Shown one piece after another: positions 1 to 6,861 of a stretch of 7,884 nucleotides of DNA. The stretch is from a virus (taxonomy: Duplodnaviria > Heunggongvirae > Uroviricota > Caudoviricetes). Within the stretch, counting starts at the first letter, position 1. Every line of letters starts with the position of its first letter. The stretch lies in the IMG/VR virus record IMGVR_UViG_2734482594_000006; one strand, written 5' to 3'. Below the pieces are notes generated by a model. The model did no database searches and was not told the origin of the DNA. It saw nothing but the letters and a program-made list of their open reading frames with translations. Both the position numbers and the translations under genes were made by a program.

Positions 1-856
1 TTACTCGGATAATGGCTCCGGGGAAACCGCCGACGTCCTGGATAAGGAGATTGTGGGGATACTGCCACGACTGGGGATTAATCACCCGACAGGGATTGCC
101 GGTAATCCGCAGGGACGGGGCATTATCGAACGGCTTAACCGCACATTACCGATGCGCATAGCCCGTAAATACCGCACCTATTTCGGGAAAGGAGCAGATC
201 GCGAGACGTTACGTAAAACCAACCGCGATTTACGCTCGGCATTCAGTGCCCTGCAACAGGGCAAACGGCTGAACGCCCGGCAGCAGTCAGCGATGCGTGA
301 TTTACCGTCCTGGTCTGAACTGATTGATGCCATTCGTGACGGTGTTGAGTGGTACAACAACCGGCCGCACGATGAATTACCCATGAAGCCGAACGGTAAA
401 CATTACAGCCCGGCGGAGTTCAGAAAAAAACGCCTGGCGGAAGAGGACACGGAAATTGAATGGCTGTCCGATGTTGAACTGCGGGATATGTTCCGGCCGA
501 TGGTGGAGCGCCCTGTAAGACGCTGTGAAATACGCTGGCTGAATAATATTTACTACGCGCCCGAGCTGCGTGACGAGCATGGCCGTAAGGTACTTATCAG
601 CTATGACATTCATGATGCCGAACGAATTACCGTGCGCCGCCCGGATGGCAGCGTGATTTGCGAGGCGGTATGGGACGGCAATAAACGCGAAGCCTTCCCT
701 GTCAGCGCGGAATACTACAAACAGCAGCAGCGCCTTAAAGGCATGCGTAAACGCGCAGAGGAAAAAATCCGTGATGCCGAGGATGAGGTTGTCAACGTGC
801 TGGAGCACAAGCCGCAGGAGCCCTGGCTGGAAAACATATACCGCCCTGTGGGTAAT
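1..856 (+). CDS. A: Mu-type DDE transposase (MuA-like), C-terminal part; 5' end lies upstream of the window, 3' end inside the mask at 857-1120
   Basis: Frame 2 is open from position 2 (YSDNGSGETADVLDKEIVGILPRLG...) to the mask, about 285 codons. It sits directly upstream of the MuB-like gene. Identity is assigned mainly by synteny and length; the GTG at 53 in the ORF track is not the true start. Confidence 0.65.
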
Positions 857-1120
857 NNNNNNNNNNNNNNNNNNNNNNNNNNNNNNNNNNNNNNNNNNNN
901 NNNNNNNNNNNNNNNNNNNNNNNNNNNNNNNNNNNNNNNNNNNNNNNNNNNNNNNNNNNNNNNNNNNNNNNNNNNNNNNNNNNNNNNNNNNNNNNNNNNN
1001 NNNNNNNNNNNNNNNNNNNNNNNNNNNNNNNNNNNNNNNNNNNNNNNNNNNNNNNNNNNNNNNNNNNNNNNNNNNNNNNNNNNNNNNNNNNNNNNNNNNN
1101 NNNNNNNNNNNNNNNNNNNN

Positions 1121-1987
1121 TATGCCATCGCCAGAGAGGCGGGAATTTCCGACGGCACATTATCGGCTTTCCGTAAGGGAAAATATAAAGGCGATAACGC
1201 TGCTGTGGCTGCTTCCCTGCGCTCCTGGTATGAGAACTGGAATAAACAAAGCGCACTGCCGGAACCGCCGCAGTTTGTGGAAACTCAGACAGTCCAGGAG
1301 CTGCGCGCACTGTTTCAGGCGGTTCGCCTGATGGGCTGTATTAACGTTATTGTGGGCGTACCGGGTGTGGGTAAAACGGCCACTGCCCGTAATTACTGCC
1401 AGGAGCAACCAAACACCTGGATGATCACCCTGTCACCCGCGCACTCCAGCGTCACGGAGTGTCTGCTGGAGCTGGCCGATGCGCTGGGGATTGATTACAC
1501 CCGCGCGAACAAAGGGGCATTATCCCGCGCCATCCGCCGTCGCCTGATGGGAACGCGTGGACTGGTGATTGTGGATGAGGCGGATCATCTTGGTATTGAC
1601 GGTCTGGAGCAACTCCGGGCAATTCAGGACGCCACGGGGATCGGGATGGTGCTTATTGGTAACCCGCGCGGATTGTTTAAAGGTGGACGCCGCGCCTTTG
1701 ATGATTTATCGCGCCTGTTCAGCCGTCTTGCCCGTACAAAACAACTTCGCAAGGCCAAAAAGGCGGATGTGCTGGCCATTGCCATGGCGTGGGGGATCAG
1801 TGGTGAGGCCGAGCTGGCCGTCATGCAGGCTATCGCTGAAAAGCCGGGAGCGTTACGCGTTCTGACACATACGCTTAACCAGGCGTGGCTCACCGCCAGC
1901 GGTGAAGGCGCGGCGCTGACAGAAAAACATATTAATGCGGCCTTTAAAGAGGTTTATACCAACCCTGAATTACTCTCACAGGTGTGA
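1121..1987 (+). CDS. B: MuB-like AAA+ transposition/target-DNA ATPase; 5' end masked (about 20-25 N-terminal codons expected inside 857-1120)
   Basis: Walker A GVPGVGKT at 1355-1378 and Walker B LVIVDEADH at 1562-1588. Strings such as PEPPQFVETQTV, KKADV and EKPGALRVL match my recollection of phage Mu B. Stop TGA at 1985-1987. Confidence 0.85.
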   Translation, partial: YAIAREAGISDGTLSAFRKGKYKGDNAAVAASLRSWYENWNKQSALPEPPQFVETQTVQELRALFQAVRLMGCINVIVGVPGVGKTATARNYCQEQPNTWMITLSPAHSSVTECLLELADALGIDYTRANKGALSRAIRRRLMGTRGLVIVDEADHLGIDGLEQLRAIQDATGIGMVLIGNPRGLFKGGRRAFDDLSRLFSRLARTKQLRKAKKADVLAIAMAWGISGEAELAVMQAIAEKPGALRVLTHTLNQAWLTASGEGAALTEKHINAAFKEVYTNPELLSQV

Positions 1988-1989
1988 TT

Positions 1990-2514
1990 ATGGCGGTATT
2001 TAATATTCCTGATATTTACGGACGCTTTTACCTGGTTAATTTCGATAACGTGAAGGTGATTTCACTGGCCGAAAATAAAGAATGTGGCGATTTACTTTNN
2101 NNNNNNNNNNNNNNNNNNNNNNNNNNNNNNNNNNNNNNNNNNNNNNNNNNNNNNNNNNNNNNNNNNNNNNNNNNNNNNNNNNNNNNNNNNNNNNNNNNNN
2201 NNNNNNNNNNNNNNNNNNNNNNNNNNNNNNNNNNNNNNNNNNNNNNNNNNNNNNNNNNNNNNNNNNNNNNNNNNNNNNNNNNNNNNNNNNNNNNNNNNNN
2301 NNNNNNNNNNNNNNNNNNNNNNNNNNNNNNNNNNNNNNNNNNNNNNNNNNNNNNNNNNNNNNNNNNNNNNNNNNNNNNNNNNNTGAAAACCACGCCGCCG
2401 GTAGGCAACGTGCAGGGAACCGGTGAAATTGAAATCACCATACAGACCAACGGCCTGCGCCGCCGTGTGAAGGCCACCCGCATCAGCGGCTGCACGGTTT
2501 ACTGGGAGGTGTGA
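1990..2514 (+). CDS. Hypothetical early protein; ATG at 1990 and stop at 2512-2514 are in the same frame, but mask 2099-2383 lies between them, so one gene or two cannot be decided
   Basis: ATG 1990 has AGGTG 6 nt upstream and lies 2 nt after the B stop. Visible N-terminus MAVFNIPDIYGRFYLVNFDNVKVISLAENKECGDLL, visible C-terminus ...KTTPPVGNVQGTGEIEITIQTNGLRRRVKATRISGCTVYWEV. Confidence 0.5.
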   Translation: MAVFNIPDIYGRFYLVNFDNVKVISLAENKECGDLLXXXXXXXXXXXXXXXXXXXXXXXXXXXXXXXXXXXXXXXXXXXXXXXXXXXXXXXXXXXXXXXXXXXXXXXXXXXXXXXXXXXXXXXXXXXXXXXXKTTPPVGNVQGTGEIEITIQTNGLRRRVKATRISGCTVYWEV

Positions 2515-2515
2515 G

Positions 2516-2797
2516 GTGAAAAAAAATCTCATTGCATGGGCGTGGTCGAGTGGTCTTATTGAGTTTGGTTACGTCCTGCCGGAAGGTGCATTGCCGATAG
2601 TTGCCGGAAAGCCTGCCACGGTACGGCATGTGATTGAGGTTATGGCGCGTCATGGACGTGATGAACAGGAGCAGTTACTGGTTCCGGGGATACCGGAAGC
2701 GGTGACGGAGGAAGAAGCCTTTAATGCCATGATTCGGTTCTGCCGTGAGGTTAGACGCCGGGTCAGTTATCCAAACAGAACGAGGACCAGAGGATGA
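2516..2797 (+). CDS. Hypothetical small early protein (93 aa), GTG start
   Basis: GTG at 2516 is the first start codon after the in-frame stop at 2468-2470, with GGGAGGTG immediately upstream. It starts 1 nt after the previous stop, and its TGA (2795-2797) overlaps the next ATG (2794-2796). Confidence 0.55.
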   Translation: MKKNLIAWAWSSGLIEFGYVLPEGALPIVAGKPATVRHVIEVMARHGRDEQEQLLVPGIPEAVTEEEAFNAMIRFCREVRRRVSYPNRTRTRG

Positions 2798-3066
2798 GTA
2801 AAGTCGTACGCATTATTTTCGAATACAAGGAAGATGTTATCTGCAAAAACTCTGATGGCAGCACGCACAGAGGGGTAAGTCTGGATATACGTTCAACCGG
2901 AATAAAGAAGAAAGATAATGGACCCGCCATGATTTTTGGGGTGGTTATGCTGGCAGAAAGCAGAAACTTCGCAGAGTTTGTGGCAATGAAAGCCAGTGCA
3001 TTCATGAAAGACAGAGGCATGGCTTCCGGGGTTATTAACGGTAATGAATTTAATCAACAGGGGTAA
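2794..3066 (+). CDS. Hypothetical small protein (90 aa), first of a tandem divergent paralog pair
   Basis: ATG 2794 in an ATGA stop/start overlap, GAGGA 7 nt upstream. N-terminus MSKVVRIIFEYKED resembles that of the next ORF. A sampled 60-nt stretch is about 33% G+C. Confidence 0.6.
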   Translation: MSKVVRIIFEYKEDVICKNSDGSTHRGVSLDIRSTGIKKKDNGPAMIFGVVMLAESRNFAEFVAMKASAFMKDRGMASGVINGNEFNQQG

Positions 3067-3070
3067 TTCC

Positions 3071-3364
3071 ATGAGCAAAGTACGCGTTATTTTTGAATTT
3101 AATCATGTTTCGCATGACGAAAAGTTGGCAGGCAATGACTGTGTTGAAGTGCATGAAAAGATTGGAGTGGATGTGAAAACAGAACGTGATACGGATAACA
3201 GGCCGACGTCACTCTGTGACGTTTATGCAAGTATTCTCCAGTATCACAGTCCTGCAATTATTCAGTTTCTCTCAGCGGAATTTCAGGCATCTGCACAGTC
3301 TTTTGGAGCGGATGCCATCATTAAACGCCACCGCGTGCATAAAGCATCAGGCACACTGCAATAA
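3071..3364 (+). CDS. Hypothetical small protein (97 aa), second of the tandem paralog pair
   Basis: ATG at 3071 with AGGGG 8 nt upstream; the ORF-track start at 3044 is probably too early. N-terminus MSKVRVIFEFNHV. Stop TAA at 3362-3364. Confidence 0.6.
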   Translation: MSKVRVIFEFNHVSHDEKLAGNDCVEVHEKIGVDVKTERDTDNRPTSLCDVYASILQYHSPAIIQFLSAEFQASAQSFGADAIIKRHRVHKASGTLQ

Positions 3365-3375
3365 GGAAAAACAAA

Positions 3376-3980
3376 ATGGCTAAACGCGTTACAAAATTAA
3401 AGGCCGCAGCCGAGGCGGCACCGCAGACCCGGGAAGAAGTCAGCCGTGATATCCGCACCCTGGGAGATATTCAGCGAGAGGCGCTGCGCCTGGAAACGGC
3501 GATGAATGACGAAGTGGCAGAAATCACCGCCCGTTATACGCCGCAGATTGAAAATCTTAAAAAGCAAATCAAAGTGCTTTTTAAAGGGATTCAGGNNNNN
3601 NNNNNNNNNNNNNNNNNNNNNNNNNNNNNNNNNNNNNNNNNNNNNNNNNNNNNNNNNNNNNNNNNNNNNNNNNNNNNNNNNNNNNNNNNNNNNNNNNNNN
3701 NNNNNNNNNNNNNNNNNNNNNNNNNNNNNNNNNNNNNNNNNNNNNNNNNNNNNNNNNNNNNNNNNNNNNNNNNNNNNNNNNNNNNNNNNNNNNNNNNNNN
3801 NNNNNNNNNNNNNNNNNNNNNNNNNNNNNNNNNNNNNNNNNNNNNNNNNNNNNNNNNNNNNNNNNNNNNNNNNNNNNNNNNNNNNNNNNNNNNNNNNNNN
3901 NNNNNNNNNNNAAGGTGAATAAAGGCGCTGAAAGTTTTTATGTCGAGCCTTTTGAACAGGACGCCGGACTGAATAAATAA
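3376..3980 (+). CDS. gam: Gam-like host-nuclease inhibitor (Ku-like DNA-end-binding protein); 5' part is secure, 3' boundary uncertain because of mask 3596-3911 and a frame change across it
   Basis: N-terminus MAKRVTKLKAAAEAAPQTREEVSRDIRTLGDIQREALRLETAMNDEVAEITARY matches my recollection of Mu Gam; AAGGA 8 nt upstream of ATG 3376. After the mask, a different frame reads KVNKGAESFYVEPFEQDAGLNK then TAA at 3978-3980, which resembles a Gam C-terminus as I remember it. Confidence 0.7.
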
Positions 3981-4125
3981 CACCGCATTAATCAATTAAA
4001 TATCACTTCATTTTAATTATGGCGCTCGCGTCAGGGGACTGCTTGCGCCTGAAAACAGAAAATAAGGGTTAAGAAATATGAAATACGTTTATATCGTCAT
4101 TAATAATGTGGTGGGGAAATAAATC

Positions 4126-4464
4126 ATGATTGATGCAAAAGTGCTTGAAGGGGTTAAAAACTGGCTGTGTATTTATGGCCGCCTGACCTGCGGTGTACTG
4201 GCTGAAAAAATGAATATGCCGCCATCCTCCATGGTTTATTTTCTGCGTGATGCGGTTGATGCAGGCGTGCTGACGGAATGTAACGGTTTTTATGATATTC
4301 CGCGTCCCCGCCCGGTGCAGCCGGTTCGTCGCAAATGCAGCCAGGAATCTGCGGCTGATGATGTTCAGTGGTGCGGCTTCAGAAAATCCCTGCCATGGAT
4401 TGAGGGGCATGATATTCCGTCGATGGCGTGGGAATTTGCTCAGGGCGTTCTGACCTGTGAAACC
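4126..4464 (+). CDS. Hypothetical protein, N-terminal 113 aa visible, with a winged-helix-like DNA-binding N-terminus; 3' end masked (4465-4760)
   Basis: ATG 4126 with GGTGGGG upstream. Residues VKNWLCIYGRLTCGVLAEKMNMPPSSMVYFLRDAVDAGVLTE have the helix-turn-helix-wing pattern of MarR/IclR-type regulators; this is judged by eye, not by a profile search. Confidence 0.5.
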
Positions 4465-4760
4465 NNNNNNNNNNNNNNNNNNNNNNNNNNNNNNNNNNNN
4501 NNNNNNNNNNNNNNNNNNNNNNNNNNNNNNNNNNNNNNNNNNNNNNNNNNNNNNNNNNNNNNNNNNNNNNNNNNNNNNNNNNNNNNNNNNNNNNNNNNNN
4601 NNNNNNNNNNNNNNNNNNNNNNNNNNNNNNNNNNNNNNNNNNNNNNNNNNNNNNNNNNNNNNNNNNNNNNNNNNNNNNNNNNNNNNNNNNNNNNNNNNNN
4701 NNNNNNNNNNNNNNNNNNNNNNNNNNNNNNNNNNNNNNNNNNNNNNNNNNNNNNNNNNNN

Positions 4761-5225
4761 CAGCAGGACTGCCAGAAAGTTAAGGATGAGGCAAAACGCC
4801 TTGAGGCCGTGCTGAATGTTGCGTGCCGGTCGGTATTTGTATCCGGTATCAGTGGATTTTACTTTAAGGGACTGCGTTTTACGGAGGACAAATATCCTTT
4901 TCATCGCGACTTATGGCGAAAACCGACTGCGTCGAATGGCTGGAGCTGCACACCGCGCACATCACGTATCCCTAAAACCCTGCGTGTTGCCTCTGATGAA
5001 CTGAACAGTCTGTGGCGTGAATATTCGCCCGTCACGTATGCCAGAACCGATGCGCTGTTGTTCTGGTTGGGTATTGATTTCTCGGCAATCCTGTTTGGCC
5101 CTGTGAAGTGGTTCTGCGTTGACGATGTGATTTACCTTCAGTGCGGCGTAAAACCCGCAAAACAGAAAATGACCGAAATACTGTCTGATGAGTTTTATGC
5201 TGCTGAAAAGCGAGTCAGGGGGTGA
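4761..5225 (+). CDS. Hypothetical protein, C-terminal 154 aa visible; 5' end masked; may or may not be the same gene as 4126-4464
   Basis: Frame 0 is open from the mask edge to TGA 5223-5225 (QQDCQKVKDEAKRLEAVLNV...AAEKRVRG). The GTG at 4809 in the ORF track is internal. The frame differs from that of 4126-4464. Confidence 0.5.
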   Translation, partial: QQDCQKVKDEAKRLEAVLNVACRSVFVSGISGFYFKGLRFTEDKYPFHRDLWRKPTASNGWSCTPRTSRIPKTLRVASDELNSLWREYSPVTYARTDALLFWLGIDFSAILFGPVKWFCVDDVIYLQCGVKPAKQKMTEILSDEFYAAEKRVRG

Positions 5226-5228
5226 TGC

Positions 5229-6146
5229 ATGATGAAATTACAACCCATGGGACTAAAAGGTCGCGCCCCCGCTCATGTCCGTCCGTGGACACCTGAAGAA
5301 GATGCGCTGCTGATTGCGCTTTATTCATCCACCCCGGTTAAGGATATTGCTGCCAGAATAAAAAGAACTGTCTGGGCTGTATATAACCGGACTGGTGTAT
5401 TGCGCAGTTCATACCCGGAGTTACTGAAATATAAACACCCAAGATTTACACCTGATGAAGATAAGTTTATTCGAAAAAATGCCAGAACAATGACCTGCCA
5501 GCAAATGGGAGAATATCTCGGACGTAATAAAGATTCTGTCAGATGTCGGGCAGGAATGATTGGTGCTGGATTAACAAAGTGCGGAGAGTTACGCCCCGGC
5601 ACGCGCATATCTGATGATGATGTACGTCTTATACGTGAGCTGCGTGATTCCGATTACCCACGCCGTCTGTCATTCCGGGAAATTGGCGAAAAGTTTGGAA
5701 TATCTGAACATTCTGCTCACGCAGTTTATTACCGTCGCCGGACTGCCGAGGACGCTGTATTACGGGAGTTAACGNNNNNNNNNNNNNNNNNNNNNNNNNN
5801 NNNNNNNNNNNNNNNNNNNNNNNNNNNNNNNNNNNNNNNNNNNNNNNNNNNNNNNNNNNNNNNNNNNNNNNNNNNNNNNNNNNNNNNNNNNNNNNNNNNN
5901 NNNNNNNNNNNNNNNNNNNNNNNNNNNNNNNNNNNNNNNNNNNNNNNNNNNNNNNNNNNNNNNNNNNNNNNNNNNNNNNNNNNNNNNNNNNNNNNNNNNN
6001 NNNNNNNNNNNNNNNNNNNNNNNNNNNNNNNNNNNNNNNNNNNNNNNNNNNNNNNNNNNNNNNNNNNNGAAGATGAGGACGGACAGGTGACGCACTGGTG
6101 CCATCTTTCGGCCTTGCCGGAATTACAGGGGATACATAATGGATGA
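5229..6146 (+). CDS. Putative DNA-binding protein with three tandem SANT/Myb-like helix-turn-helix repeats; the visible 182 aa plus the 25-aa C-terminal piece are in the same frame across mask 5775-6068
   Basis: ATG 5229 with AGGGGGTGA upstream. Repeats: about 5286-5402 (WTPEEDALLIALY...IAARIKRTVWAVYNR), 5445-5564 (FTPDEDKFI...MGEYLGRNKDSVRCR) and 5604-5741 (DDDVRLIREL...SFREIGEKFGISEHSAHAVYYRR), spaced about 53 aa apart. Stop TGA at 6144-6146. Confidence 0.55.
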   Translation: MMKLQPMGLKGRAPAHVRPWTPEEDALLIALYSSTPVKDIAARIKRTVWAVYNRTGVLRSSYPELLKYKHPRFTPDEDKFIRKNARTMTCQQMGEYLGRNKDSVRCRAGMIGAGLTKCGELRPGTRISDDDVRLIRELRDSDYPRRLSFREIGEKFGISEHSAHAVYYRRRTAEDAVLRELTXXXXXXXXXXXXXXXXXXXXXXXXXXXXXXXXXXXXXXXXXXXXXXXXXXXXXXXXXXXXXXXXXXXXXXXXXXXXXXXXXXXXXXXXXXXXXXXXXXEDEDGQVTHWCHLSALPELQGIHNG

Positions 6147-6282
6147 GCAAATTGTTGAATGTCCCACCTGTGGAAATGAGGACCCGGAGTATCTGAAAGA
6201 GTGCCCACATTGTGGTGAGATAAAATGTAACCACTGCGATATGGGCGACGACACTGCATGTATAAATTGTGAGGATGAATAA
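6139..6282 (+). CDS. 47-aa acidic zinc-ribbon protein with four CxxC motifs; absent from the supplied ORF track
   Basis: ATG 6139 is the first start codon after the in-frame stop at 6088-6090, with GGGG 8 nt upstream. Product MDEQIVECPTCGNEDPEYLKECPHCGEIKCNHCDMGDDTACINCEDE. It overlaps the end of the upstream gene by 8 nt (ATGGATGA). Stop TAA at 6280-6282. Confidence 0.5.
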   Translation: MDEQIVECPTCGNEDPEYLKECPHCGEIKCNHCDMGDDTACINCEDE

Positions 6283-6283
6283 T

Positions 6284-6571
6284 ATGGAAAAAGAAATCAA
6301 ATTTGCGCCTAAATCTATCGACGAAGAACTGGCTAAAATCGGCATGCTTGAACGTATGCGGGACATTATCGAATATGCGATAAAAGAAAATCTTGCAGCC
6401 AGAGAAGCCCTTTTGATAATGGAGCGGGAGATTAACCTGATTAAGGATGCTGTATCTCTGGATAATAAAATAGCCCGCGAGGAATACGTTCGCCGTAGGC
6501 TCGGTGTTGATGGTTCAGCAATTCTTACATCTGAACATTATGCAAAAATTTTTAATCTTTTTCAGCGGTAA
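6284..6571 (+). CDS. Hypothetical 95-aa protein in AT-rich DNA
   Basis: ATG 6284 lies 1 nt after the zinc-ribbon stop, with GAGG(A) about 9 nt upstream. Product MEKEIKFAPKSIDEELAKIGMLERMRDIIEYAIKENLAAREALL... has no domain I recognise. A sampled 60-nt stretch is about 38% G+C, against about 63% in a 60-nt sample from B. Confidence 0.5.
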   Translation: MEKEIKFAPKSIDEELAKIGMLERMRDIIEYAIKENLAAREALLIMEREINLIKDAVSLDNKIAREEYVRRRLGVDGSAILTSEHYAKIFNLFQR

Positions 6572-6791
6572 TCCCCATACAGGCCCGGAGATTGTCGAAA
6601 TGCCAGTCGGTATTAATATATGAGCCATCCTGGATATCTTCTGCATTTTCCGGGGTAGAGTTTTTTTGAGCGAGATTGATAATATGTATTGCCTCCTCAC
6701 GGGAAATCAGCCCCTTATCGAACAGGGTTACCATAAGATTTCCAGCCATTGTGAATGCGGCAACATCAAGTGCATTTTTTATATCTGACAT
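6552..6791 (-). CDS. Hypothetical 79-aa protein, the only minus-strand ORF I consider plausible
   Basis: ATG is the complement of 6789-6791, with AAGGA about 8-10 nt upstream on the minus strand. It is the only ORF of 60 aa or more on either strand across 6572-6861 and overlaps the 3' end of 6284-6571 by 20 nt. No recognisable domain. Confidence 0.4.
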   Translation of the reverse strand: MSDIKNALDVAAFTMAGNLMVTLFDKGLISREEAIHIINLAQKNSTPENAEDIQDGSYINTDWHFDNLRACMGITAEKD

Positions 6792-6820
6792 AGATTTTTC
6801 CTTTTATGTTAATTGACATG

Positions 6821-6847
6821 GCGGTGCGGTAACACCGCCCATTTTTT
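6821..6847 (+). terminator. Candidate rho-independent terminator for + strand transcription
   Basis: 7-bp G+C-rich stem GGCGGTG (6821-6827) pairing with CACCGCC (6834-6840), loop CGGTAA, followed by C then TTTTTT (6842-6847). On the minus strand the run would be A's ahead of the stem, so it is directional. It ends 14 nt before the gemA-like ATG. Confidence 0.45.
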
Positions 6848-6861
6848 ATGGAGCCACGATA

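Noticed and set aside
178-1893. ORF-track entries inside or antisense to the A-like and B-like genes (178-384 -, 377-808 -, 1160-1408 -, 1569-1865 +, 1624-1893 -)
   Set aside because: They lie within or opposite the well-supported A-like and B-like frames, which is the usual pattern for shadow ORFs in G+C-rich coding DNA; none has a convincing RBS or a recognisable product.
2763-3383. ORFs 2763-3020 -, 2893-3078 - and 3186-3383 + overlapping the tandem paralog pair
   Set aside because: Alternative-frame or antisense overlaps of the plus-strand paralogs, which have RBSs and ATGA coupling; no independent support.
4021-4049. Hairpin after gam as an intrinsic terminator
   Set aside because: The stem is imperfect and no T-run follows it.
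4069-4410. Minus-strand ORF 4069-4410 opposite the 4126 gene
   Set aside because: Antisense to an ORF with a clear RBS and a winged-helix-like product; no RBS of its own that I can see.
5229-6146. Myb-repeat protein as Mor
   Set aside because: Mor is about 129 aa with a single C-terminal HTH and is encoded after gemA; this gene is upstream of gemA, longer, and has three repeats.
6139-6282. Zinc-ribbon ORF as a homologue of Mu Com
   Set aside because: Com lies next to mom at the far right end of Mu and, as I recall it, is a basic protein with a different cysteine spacing; this ORF is acidic and sits in the early region.
5321-6366. Minus-strand ORFs 5321-5608 and 5629-6366 opposite the Myb-like gene and the zinc-ribbon ORF
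   Set aside because: Antisense to a plus-strand frame with repeat structure and RBS support; the longer one is kept open partly by the mask.
6515-6700. Minus-strand ORF 6515-6700 (61 aa)
   Set aside because: Overlaps both the 6284-6571 gene and the longer minus-strand ORF 6552-6791 in another frame; the 6552-6791 frame has the better RBS.
6684-6788. Plus-strand 34-aa ORF (MYCLLTGNQPLIEQGYHKISSHCECGNIKCIFYI) as an alternative reading of the AT-rich block
   Set aside because: Short, weak RBS, and antisense to the longer minus-strand ORF; cannot be excluded, but the 79-aa minus-strand frame is the more economical call.
6813-6818. Perfect TTGACA hexamer as a sigma-70 promoter for gemA
   Set aside because: No TATAAT-like hexamer 16-18 bp downstream; the position is occupied by the G+C-rich hairpin stem.
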